A stretch of DNA of 64,000 nt, taken from assembly GCA_000165425.1 (NCBI GenBank), contig CT868653.1, forward strand, positions 248,001-312,000, written 5' to 3'. Source of the stretch: Paramecium tetraurelia (taxonomy: Eukaryota). Under the pieces are notes generated by a model, which saw nothing but the letters and a program-made list of their open reading frames with translations, ran no database searches and was not told the DNA's origin. The position numbers and the translations under genes were made by a program. This document shows, in pieces, positions 53,095 to 64,000 of this stretch. How positions within the stretch are numbered: position 1 is the stretch's first letter; every line of letters starts with the position of its first letter.

Positions 53095-54755
53095 TCAGTC
53101 TAAAAATTTAGACTTATTTCGTTCTCCTTCTCTAAATGATTTAAATGAAAAACCTATTTTTAGTTTAGGAGCACTGAGTTTCTTTACAGAATAAAATTTA
53201 CTCTGTGAAATATCAAAAATTGATTCATTTGTTAAGTTTTCTCTACTCTTAATAACTTTATTTTTCAGTTGCTTTATAATGATTTCCATAGAAGGCGCCT
53301 CATAATTTTATTAAGTCTTAAACAAACTTCCTTATAAACTCAAAAATTTTCTCATAGTTTTATTGCTTTTATTTTAGGAATGCAATTAAGTAGGAGATAA
53401 TAATTATAGATCCTTTGAATTATTTTTATTTTCTGATTCTAAGTCCTCAAAGTAATTATTAGATAAGGAAACTTTGTACGCTTATCTTCCATCCTCTCTA
53501 CTTTTAATATATTATTTATTATTAGAAGGAATCGGACTCTTGCTGACATTTTAAGTGGAGATCTCTGGTTTATTTAACCATTTCTTGCTAAACTTTTATT
53601 CGAAGTAGTCTCTAATCCAACCATCTCTTTCATTCAACCTCATGTTATCTATATATTATGATATCGAGAGGGCTAAAACGACAGTTTTCGCTCTTGCCTT
53701 AGCCTATGTTATTCTTGTAAGATATCTACATTTCATATTTGTTTGATAGACTTCATAATCCCCGAAAATCTATCCAGTAGAATACAACCCTACCACAATA
53801 ATGTTTTTCTTCAAATAAATATCTCCTTCTTGTGTAACTGATTGTTATTTACCCCATTTCTCTATAAGTATTTCACCTTCTTTAATTATATATACTTAGT
53901 CTCCCTTCTATCCTCTTTTATAAATGAATGATCCAGCATCAAAACTCATTTCCTGGCAACTATGCAATAATACCAATTAACCAGATTAACTCCAATTTTT
54001 AAAGGGAGGTGTGCATTTAATGAATTGTAACTTTTCCTCTAAAATCTTTTCTTAATATTAGCCCAACACCTTCTAATATGATTCATAACTCAAAGTAGCA
54101 AAAACACATTCAGTTTTTGCTACTACTGAAGCTGTTCTTGGAATTCTCTGTTCAATTGCAATCTCCCCAAAAAAGTCATTTTTGCTTTTTATCGCAATTA
54201 ATTTATATTGCGCATACTTGTGCTTCAATAAATCATCAAATTTTTTAACAACTGAGGATCCTTTAATTAGAACATAAATATACTTCTTTAGTGATGAGGA
54301 TTATCATGATGCTGTGATTCTTACATAGGGATAAGTATGGCCACTTCTCCATCAATAATAAAGTACATTTTCCTTCCGATGTCGCCCATATTAAATACGA
54401 CTTCGGCTGCATTAATCCTCTCTATTTATAAATCTTTAAAAATTCTAATGTAAAGATCATCTGGCAATTATCCTCGTATTTTACTAGTATTATATACAAT
54501 CTTACGAAAAATATGCAAAATCTCTTTCAAAATACTTTTGAACGTATTTAGCTTACATGATAGACCTTTTTTCTGGTTCTATTGTTAAAATTTGTAAACA
54601 TCTCTGTCTAATCATATCAGTATCTTCATTAATTGTTTTTTAGAAAGTGTTAGTAACTTTAAACAAAAGCTATATTAATTTTTCCATATTACGTTTGCTT
54701 CCTTTATTTCACGTAAATTCCCAATAACTGATGTGAAACGATTATTTGCTCTCAT
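53095..54755 (-). CDS. Cyclic-nucleotide-binding domain protein (two cNMP domains)
   Basis: VFNMGDIGRKMYFIIDGEV, FFGEIAIEQRIPRTASV, IYKEDRRETKYIQLKKV region, and a second domain with IFGDYE..RQERKLS. Confidence 0.78.
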
Positions 54756-54878
54756 TATTTTTCTATAATATTATAAAAAATTTGTGAATATTATATTGAT
54801 AATAATAAGACAAATATTATTATTTAATATTTAATTGCTTACTTAAAATTTTGAAAAATCAATACAAACTTATTTATA

Positions 54879-56826
54879 ATGTTTACCCTTGAACTTTTTT
54901 CAATATAAGAATATTCGTCAATTAAGACGAGCCACTTTACTATAAAAATTAGATTAATTTTAATACGATAAAGATCTCTTAGAAATATTGAATTAATATA
55001 ATCAATTTCATCTTAGATCTTAGAGGCTATTAACTATGAAGGTACATTAGATGAGCACTAAATAATTACTCTATGATGAGATATAGAAATAATCAACTTT
55101 GAAATTAATTCTCATTGTTCTATAGCCAAGCTAGTTATAATTAATAAAGTATTTTCTAAGATATCTGTTAATGCTCAATTTAGCAAGTCCACCTAATTAA
55201 GCCTTTTCCAAATTTAAAAAGTAAACAATTTTTTCAAAACTCGAAACTATTATCAGAGTTACTAAGGAAAAAATAGAATTTATCCTAGGACCAATAACTT
55301 AAATAAAGTTAATCTTCCCTTGAATATCATAGAGCATAATAAATTTCATATTTATTAATTTCTGTTAAGTTGTTTTTACTATCAACAGAAAATTAATCCA
55401 TAATACTTGAAGTTATGAAAAATTTAGTTAATAGCAATCAAAGATTATATTTAATTGAACAAGAAATCAAGATTTTATTTATTGATGATAAAAGTTTTGA
55501 TCGAAATATTCCAAAGATCAAATCACAGTTGCAAGTCTTTTTAAATAAACTTAGAATGGAATACAAGGATTTAAAGGGATAAGCTTACGAATTTGAAAAT
55601 CACCTTTGAAGATACTTTTTCTTGAATTACTAAAATCTTCTTCAGTTTAATTATGGTTGAATTATGTCTCTTAAAACTTCAATCTCCTTCTTTAAATTAT
55701 GATGAAATTTTATTAATTGCGATGTGTATTTTATTTTAGAATTATGGTTGAACTTTAAAATTCATGATATTTTTGTTAACCTTAATGAGATCTGTTTTAT
55801 TAATATTTATTGAAATAAAGTATAAAATGTCATTAATGACATTTAAATTATTTTGAAAAGGTAAATTATCTCCATCTCCTCAAAACATAAAATTTTTAGA
55901 TGAGCTCATGAATCTTCTACAATCATAGTCTTCAATGTAAAAATCAATATTCAACCCTTCTTAAAATTGATTATTGAAAAAAGGAGTCCTACTAATGATA
56001 GTTATTTTCTCAATATATGTTTATTTTAAAAGCCATTCAATTGTGTATGATATTGTAAATTATAAGAGTTGTAGATTTATTTGATTGTTTAATCAGTTAA
56101 TACTCTATTGAGAAAAGAAAATTAAATTGTACAAAAATGTAATCAAATATATTTTTATTCTAAATTTATTTACTGATATTTAAGCAAATGAAATCATAGA
56201 GTTTCCTATGCTATCATGCTAATTGAATAACAAAAAATCTTATTTATTTTGTAATTAAATTAATTGGATGAGAATTTTTATCCTTTCCAAAAATTAATGA
56301 TACCATACAGAATATTAATTTTTACTTTTACAAAACAAATAATCTTAAAATCTTAAACATATTTTATTATTTTTAAATATTCAAAAATTTCTAAATTTCA
56401 ATTTCAATAAAGATTCAAATTGCATGCTTTCTAAGTAATAAATACTCTTAGCGTCCATAAAATAATTCTCTTAATTTGCTAATTCAAATATATATTCTAA
56501 AGTCCTCAAAGGAAAGGAAGATCGATCAAATATTTAAAATTGACCTATTAATCCAATTTTACAAGACTTGTTGATTTTCAGTATCATTTTAATAACTACA
56601 AAAAAGCTATAAAAAAGATAGCAAAATTATAAAGAATTGTTGATTCCTAATAAGAGTTTTGTTGAACATCCATATTTAAGAGTTCAATTTAAAAAACTGT
56701 CTTTATAATTTAGTAATCGCCTACGTATTTTATGCTCTTTTCTAGTCCTAGCTTAAAGAATCAAATTTTCAATCAGGGTTTGATCAATCTATTCTTAATA
56801 TATAAATAACTTGTGATTAAAATTGA
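54879..56826 (+). CDS. Hypothetical helical protein (model uncertain, possible frameshift)
   Basis: Long Leu/Ile/Gln-rich open stretches, but all three frames hit TGA near 55590-55625. End not resolved. Confidence 0.3.
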
Positions 56827-56888
56827 TCTATATAAAAATTAAGTGTTATCATTATTAACAACTTCAAGAATTAATTAATTAATATATT

Positions 56889-58344
56889 ATGATTTCTACT
56901 GAAATCAATTCAAACGATTCTATTGTTAGATTTGATTAAATTGTCGGTTAACAGGGGGATTAAGAATATAGAGTAAGTGATATCAGTAAGTAGAGTCCTC
57001 AAGATGTTGTAATCGTATAGGATTAAAATCAACCACAAAATAGCTAAATTCTTGAGATTGGTCAGCAAATTTTGGATCCTGAGTAATTGAAATTAAAAGA
57101 GAAAGAAAGAATGGAGAGGATTATTAAGTAAATATGATAGATGAATATCATAAGTATTCCAAACACTATCAAAAGGTCATTGTCAACAATTAATGAAGTC
57201 CCTGATCAATCCATAAGTATTTCTCCTCCAGCAGTTCATTATAATCGAAAAGATGTAATATTTTAAAAATTAAATGAGTTTGAAGATGAAATGGAAGAAT
57301 AGCATCAAAAATAAGGTTCACAAGAATTGAATTAGTAACGAAAATTAAAGAAAAGGTCTAAAAAGAAGAAGAAAAAGTAATAACAAACCAGTGATTTTCA
57401 CTAGTATTTTTCTATCAAAGGATTGGAGTATTAATAAAATATGAATATTACTCTTTATTTTAGAGACCCAAGGGTTGATTGTAACTGGAAATTACTCTTT
57501 AGTTACTTTACTTTAATAATATTGAGTAATATCATTTTACAAACTTTGGAGGTCATTAGATATTCCTAAAGTATTTGTAAATTGGAAGGGTTGGATAATT
57601 TATTTGTGTATCTAAATCAATTGCTTTATGTATTTGGTAAAATAGGTATTCTTAGTTTGAATTACTAAGAATTTACAAATACTTCATCAACCAAACCTAA
57701 GATACCATTATTAAATAGCACCCTTTTTAGTTCTATATTTATAGTTCTTTAATTGCCATTATATGTGTTTGATTTCGTTTTGTGTTAATCTCGTAGCGAT
57801 CTATTTACACTAAACTAGAGTTTATTCCTTTTAAATTGTCTGGATTGGTTCATAATATCTGTTATGAGTGTTATAATCCTTTTGCATTCTATTATCAAGA
57901 TAACCTTAAAACCTAAAACTTGGAAAAAATTAAAGTACTAATCCATTCATAAAAAATAGGAAATTACTATAGTATCTCTATTATATATTATTATTCCTTG
58001 TTTAGATTTTATAGTTGTTAGTAACCTTCACTTAATCAACTTCAACCTTTTTACCAGCCATGATTATGGAGAACTTCTATATCTTTTTTTCATTACTGAC
58101 TAGTGTATACTTATCAATAAGAAAATTCTATTTTCACAAAGACCCTTTTTTAATTAGACATGAATTACTCAATAATGAACCTACTTGTGTGAATTAAGAT
58201 GAAAATTTTCACAATTAAGAGAAGAGCGAAAAGCTTTTATACAACTGTTCATTCAATATAAAAAAAAGAATCAAACACAGTCCACTCTCTTCATTTTCTA
58301 GTATCTAATTGACAAAAACAAATACTATTTCAAGAAAAGAATGA
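56889..58344 (+). CDS. Multi-pass membrane protein with disordered N-terminus
   Basis: Frame MISTEINSND...KKRSKKKKK followed by several hydrophobic segments. Tiny introns, TGA 58342-58344. Confidence 0.55.
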
Positions 58345-58457
58345 TCACTTTTCTATTTTTATAATATTTGAGTTTGATTTTTAAAATCTAATTATAAATT
58401 CTTAAAGAATTTAATAAATTCTTAATTTATTTAATTAATAGTATAATCAAAATATAT

Positions 58458-58464
58458 AAAAAAA
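58458..58464 (-). terminator. Pol III oligo-T terminator of the 5S gene
   Basis: T7 run immediately 3' of the 5S RNA on the minus strand. Confidence 0.85.
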
Positions 58465-58584
58465 GGGTTGTCAACACGAGGACTTCCCAAGCGGTCCCCC
58501 ACCTTAGTACTAACCTCGCCTTAAGCCGCTTAACTTCGGAGTTCGAATGGGATCCGGTGCTTTAGGCTTAGTATGGCCGACAAC
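58465..58584 (-). rRNA. 5S ribosomal RNA
   Basis: GTTGTCGGCCATACTAAG...GATCCCATTCGAACTCCGAAGTTAAGC...GGTTAGTACT...GGGACCGCTTGGGAAG..TGTTGACAACCC. It is 120 nt with a 5'/3' stem GTTGTC/GACAAC. Confidence 0.97.
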
Positions 58585-58606
58585 GATATTTACATCACTC
58601 TCTCGC

Positions 58607-58614
58607 TTTTATAA
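58607..58614 (-). promoter_or_regulatory. TATA-like element at -30 to -23 of the 5S gene
   Basis: TTATAAAA flanked by GC-richer sequence at the canonical upstream distance. Confidence 0.5.
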
Positions 58615-58703
58615 GGGAGGCTTATAATTAAAAGTCAAAGAGATTATTAAAATATATATTGAATATTAAAAATGAGGAAAAATGGTGGCTATTATATTTC
58701 AAA

Positions 58704-60083
58704 TCAAAGCTAATTTTTATCTTAAATTTTCAATAAACTTTTAGTTCTCCTCCTCTTCTAATATTTATGATTTATTTAGTATAAGTTTTTTTTCTTTTTC
58801 CTTACATTTTTGTTCTAATTGCATAATAGAATTCAAGACATTTTAATATTTTTCTTCAAAATAGATGGGTTTAATTTCATGTAAAGACGATGGAAAGTTT
58901 GCAGAATTTAATCCAGACTTTAAGACTTTTCTCTTTGATATTAAATTTTTATGATCTGTTGTATATGGTTTTTCGATGTTATCAATTTTATTGTTTTGTT
59001 TAATTTCAATTAATGAATTTTGACCTCTTTGTCTAATGTCGTTCACACTTCTTCTTTCAGGCAATATTAAGATTTTATCTACTTTTCTTTCTTCCAATAG
59101 GCTTTATAATTTCTTTATGTTTTATTTGGCGATTTCTAATTGAGATTTTTAAGTGCTGTTTTACTCTTATGTTTGCTTAATAGGTGAAATGGAATGTCTG
59201 GGAATGTCCTTAAGAAAGCTATCCTTTACAGATTCTCCATATCTTAATTATTTTTATTTCAACAATTTCTTTTGTTCAGAGGCTTATTATTGAGATAGTT
59301 TTAATTTAGCTTGTTCCTCTTCAAGACGAACTAATGCTTAACTTTTAGGAAACTTAATCAATTTCATTTTGAATTCTTCATCTAGTTCTTGCTTTTATTA
59401 TTGCCTCTATTTCAATTTTTGAAATTTTTCCTCTTCATATCTCTTTTGATGTTCAGTCAAGGCATCCAACCTAATTGGTTAACTTAGTTCTCTCCTCTAT
59501 GCCAAGATGATCTTATTTATCAATATATATTTTACCTTCTTTTTCTCTAATTCAGAAAGATTCAAAGCTTCATCCTTCAATTTGAACACTTATTCTTTTA
59601 GTTTTATTCTTTTCTAGATTTGTTTAATAAGCTTATTTCCATCAGAATTTATTTTCTGCTACTCTTCTCTATATAATTTGTCTTCCATCATTCTTTAAAT
59701 TATTTGCTCCCTTTTATTTTATTAATTTTGAGTTAAATCATTCTGAGTGGAAAAATCTGAGTTAGATTCCTTTTGGGAACTTTATAAATTTAATGATTGA
59801 ATTCTATTCCTACCTACTCTAAAAGACTATTGATCATTAACTGTTTTGGATTTGATTTTTTAATTCATTGTCGGCACTTCCACAACGTTTGTTTCTAATC
59901 CGTCAAATAAATCAAATAAAATTTTATTCTTCTTGTCTCTGAGTTCAAAATCATATGGTAACTTTAGTTTATTGTTTAAATTACTTTTAAATTTTCTTAG
60001 ACAAGCTTATACAGCAATTATAAAGATGGTTATGCTAAAACAATCTTAATCTTCTATTTGTTGTGATACACAATAATAATCAT
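58704..60083 (-). CDS. Hypothetical protein with coiled coil and possible ubiquitin-like N-terminus
   Basis: MIIIVYHNKQKIKIVL... with a 23-nt intron, then an E/K/Q-rich body. TGA 58704-58706. Confidence 0.55.
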
Positions 60084-60577
60084 TTCTTAATATATAAATA
60101 AAGGCAATAAAATTTGAGAAATGAATAATTCTTGTTAGAATATCAACATATAAAATCATTAAACTAGTAATAAAATCTTATCAAAATATTTGGTAACACT
60201 AAAATTGACCAATTTAGTATATTCAAATTGTCTAAATAATATTCTAATTAAATTAAGTTATCAAATGATTAACCAATTACATCTTAAGCATGATAATATG
60301 AATTTTTAAAATGCACATGGATACCATTTTTAGGTTGTATTTTATATTAGTAAATTAATTATATAACAATTTTTCAGTTCTATTCTTATAGATTATATCC
60401 CCATTTACTTTAAGTATTAATCATGTTAATTTACATATTATTATCTAAATAACTAATAAACAATTTTAATTTTATTATTGTATCGATCATTCTAATTTTA
60501 ATAGAAATCAAAAAACTATTTACATTCTGCCCTTTTTATTTATTTTTTAATAGAAATCGAAATAATTTTTTTTACAA

Positions 60578-63500
60578 ATGAACCAGACACCTTAGATTTT
60601 GGACTCTATTGTAAAGTTTCAATTATTTATAGCAGACTGAATAAGATGCATTACATAAAGCCTAAAATAAAATTTTAGATGAAAATACAAAGAATGAGGA
60701 ATAAATTTAGTCGTAAGTACCAATAATGTAACCAACCAACATTTAAGCTTAAAACAACTAATTTAAGCAGCCTCAATTTATGGTAAAATTGGATTAATTT
60801 CAGTTTGCTCAACGAATGCCATCAGGAATGTAATAAGGAATGCCATAGGGAATACCATAAGGAATGCCTTAAGGAATGCCTTAAGGAATGCCATAAGGAA
60901 TGCCATAAGGAATGCCTTAAGGTATGCCATAAGGAATGCCATAAGGAATGCCTTAAGGTATGCCATAAGGAATGCCATAAGGAATGCCTTAAGGTATGCC
61001 ATAAGGAATGCCATAAGGAATGCCTTAAGGAATGCCATAAGGAATGCCATAAGGAATGCCATAAGGAATACTATAAGGAATGCCATAAGGAATGCCATAA
61101 GGAATGCCTCAGGTTATGCCACCTGGAATGCCACTTGGAATAACGCCATAAGGAATGCCTTAGGTTATGCCACCTGGAATGCCTCAGGTTATGCCACCTG
61201 GAATGCAGCCATAAGGAATGCCACCATCAGGAATGCCTCAGGTTATGGCACCTGGAATGTTTGGAATGCAATCTGGATTGCCTGGGCTTCCACCAGGAGC
61301 ACCATATTCAATTACAGTCGGACCACCAGGAATTACTCCTTAAAATATGCCTTTTAACTTTATACCTTAAAACAATCAGATGTAATTTCCTTCAGTATCA
61401 TTGAACCATATTAAGCCTTCTGATGATAACCAGATACTATTAAAGAAAGAAGTAGAAAAATTAAAAAATGAAATGGCTACTATTGAAGAGGAAAAGTCAA
61501 AAATGGAAAATGATTTAAAAAAAAAAATCCACCAATTAAATGAACAGATAAATAATTTAAAAAGAGAATTCGATGAGTAAAAATTCGAACTACAAAGTGA
61601 ATATTAAAAAAAAGAGTAAGAAAATAAAGAGAATTAAGAGAAATAACACAAAGAATAAATAAAAAGTTATTAATTAAAGATTAGCGAATAGGAAATGGAA
61701 TTAAAAGAACGAGAGAAAAAAAGCATAGCAGATACAAAAAGATTTAAGACAGAAATTGAAGCCTTAAAAAGCTAAATCCAGCAATTATAAGAAGCCAGTA
61801 ATAATATTTCAACATTTTAAAATTAACTCAAACGATGAATTGCAAAAATTAAAAAAATAAAATTAAGACAACTTAGCTCAAATGAAATAAAAAGATTAAG
61901 AGATTGCATAAAAAAATCTATTGATCTAAAATTTAAATTAACTCAAGTCGAATGACTAAAATAAAGAGTAATAGGATAAAATTGCAAGGTTGTAAAAAGA
62001 ATTGTATGAAAAAACTGAAATTATTCATCAAATAACCTAAGAGAATAAGCATTTTAATGGTTTAAGAAATGATATAGAAAATGAAAACAAAAACCTATTA
62101 ACAGAATTAGAAATTATGCAAATGGAAATTAAAAAGTATAAAAATACAGAAGAATATCTATAACAATAATTAGAAGAATAAAGTAAAACAATATTTGAAT
62201 TATGCAAAAAAAACTAAATTGATAATGCAAAAGAATTAGAAAATTAATTGAAGGAGATTAAAGAAAATAGAGAATAGAAAAATAAAAATGAATAGGAAAA
62301 GTTCAGCATTGAAAAAGAAAGAATATTATAAAGGCAACAATAAGAGAAATAATAATAGTAATAACTAAATCAGCAAGGCAAACAAAAAATGAATGAGTTA
62401 GTAAGAAAAGCTGGTTAAATTTAATGTTGCTTCGTAATAGATTTATTTAAGTAATTTTTATTTCTATATATAGATCAAATGAAAAAGTAGGGAATGCTAT
62501 AATAAAAGCTACAGAAACATGTTGCTCTTTAATTAAAAAAACGACAAACAGAAATTCGTTTTGGGGTGCAGTTTTATATGGTTATTAAAAGAAGGGGTTA
62601 GATATTTAAACTCAAAAATTTGCATAATCTGCTGATGTGTTATCAGGGTTTTTAAAAAAATAAAAATATATAAAAGATCCTAAAGATTAGCCAGAAGATT
62701 TAAAGTCTGCTTTGAAAGAGATGTTAAAATTAGACTGGAGTGAGAAATATAGACTTGCCATTTTAATAGCAAACTCTCCCTGTCATGGAAAAAAATTCCA
62801 TAATCCTAAAAAATATTCTAAATTTTTCGGTTTATGGTCTGTTGAATATGATACAAAATCAGATGACGATATTGAGCAAGTTATTAAAGAAGTAGTTAAA
62901 AAAGACATCGTTGTATTAGTAATTAGGTTTAATGAAGACACGAAAGTAATGTGCAGCGAATTAGATAAAGTGTATACCAACCTTGGTTATCCTTAACTAT
63001 TTCATACGCTTTCAATAAAGGGGCTTGATTAAAAAAATTCTGATTGTGAACTTGCAATGCAAATTTAGAAAATGGCTGCCTTTATAATAGGAACAGATAA
63101 TAAAATGACAAAAACAAAAATCAATCAATAAGTTAGATTGTAAAATTTTGAAGAGGGTTAAAATGATATGAAAAATTTAAAAGTGGAAGTTGTTGAGATA
63201 AATAACGATATTCAAAAAGAGATCTCAAACAAAGGAGAGGGAAAACAAAAAGATATTTAATAAGTTTCAGTCTAAAATGCAATCGAAGATTAAAAACAAT
63301 ATGAAGCACTTATTGAAGAAGCAAAAAATTAATAATATGGTGCTTTGTAAGCTCTAACTAGAAAAGGAGATATTACTAAATTCGAAGAAAAAGCAGATTG
63401 TGAGGTATTTCGTTGCAAAGTTTATAAAGTTGATCTTAAATAGGAATCATTTTAAAAAAAAATAGAAAATATTGATTAAATTAGATATGACTAAAATGAT

Positions 63501-64000
63501 TTTGAGTTAATTTAAGAAAATGAATGGGACTGTATTAGAACTAAATCTCCTTTTGCCTTTGGAATGATGAAGGCAGTGTATTTAATGAAAAAAAGAAATA
63601 ATACAACAGAAATTTATGTTGTAAAAGTCCCAATTGTGAATGGGATTTATAAATCAAAAGGATAGGCTGTTGATGATTGCCGATCACATTTAATTGCTAA
63701 AAATTTAATGAAAGAATTTATAAATAAAATCAGAAGTAAAAATAATGGAATAAAAGAAGTTTAATACACAGACTTTTTATTGCTGGAAGAAAATGAAAGT
63801 ATATTTAATTATAATTTAGATAAATATTGGATTGCTGAAAGATTCTTTTCTGGTACTTTTGAAAAGTATAATAACAATGATGGTTTCATAAATGATGTTG
63901 ATAGTTAATTGAACTCCATCTCTTAGGCTTTCTCATTTTTTACTTATTAGAGAAGTTAATACAACTACATTGTTAATGATATTTAAGGTGTTGACGTTTA
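60578..64000 (+). CDS. vWA-domain alpha-kinase (eEF2K/MHCK/VwkA-like), partial, with (QGMP)n N-terminus and coiled coil; one apparent frameshift
   Basis: vWA: QCCFVID, DQPEDLKSAL..LDW..LIANSPCHG. Alpha-kinase: PFAFGMMKAVY, VVK, WIAERFFSGTFEKYNNNDG, QAFSFFTY, IVNDIQGV. Runs off the window end. Confidence 0.8.
60834..61109 (+). repeat. 23 x 12-nt tandem repeat (TAAGGAATGCCW) encoding QGMP
   Basis: Counted directly. Variants are mostly synonymous in the QGMP frame (CCA/CCT, GGA/GGT, TAA/TAG). Degenerate copies continue to about 61260. Confidence 0.92.

Noticed and set aside
60778..61143. ORF-track proteins (ECHK)n, a seeming metal-binding repeat, and antisense (MAFL)n; also a superficially CRISPR-like periodicity
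   Set aside because: These are alternative frames of the QGMP repeat. Variation is synonymous only in the QGMP frame, and there are no unique spacers.

Overview
This is AT-rich, very gene-dense eukaryotic DNA with the hallmarks of a ciliate macronuclear chromosome, most likely Paramecium. TAA/TAG read as Gln, TGA is the only stop, introns are tiny (mostly 20-31 nt GT..AG), and intergenic gaps are often under 50 nt. The supplied standard-code ORF track is therefore fragmentary and partly artefactual. Re-reading by hand in the ciliate code gives about 40 gene models. Recognisable ones: ARP8, an LC8-type dynein light chain, PHYHD1, a syntaxin-17-like SNARE, an IRE/Rim15-type AGC kinase, a C2H2 zinc finger, a CFAP36-like BART protein, RPS3, an N-acylated CHIP-like TPR/U-box ligase, cysteine synthase, SYS1, a PX-kinase-MORN-LRR protein, an EF-hand kinase, a divergent importin-alpha, DUF726, a COPI-associated protein, VAP, an ATPase-less CHD-like SANT-FYR protein, an MDR oxidoreductase, a cNMP-binding protein and a vWA alpha-kinase. 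There are also two probable pseudogenes and a single 5S rRNA gene. I found no CRISPR array, transposon or telomeric repeat. The most notable observations are a run of co-oriented genes with 18-19 nt gaps and an ATGA stop/start overlap, and several unusual domain architectures. All family calls come from motif recognition by eye and exon boundaries are hand-inferred.
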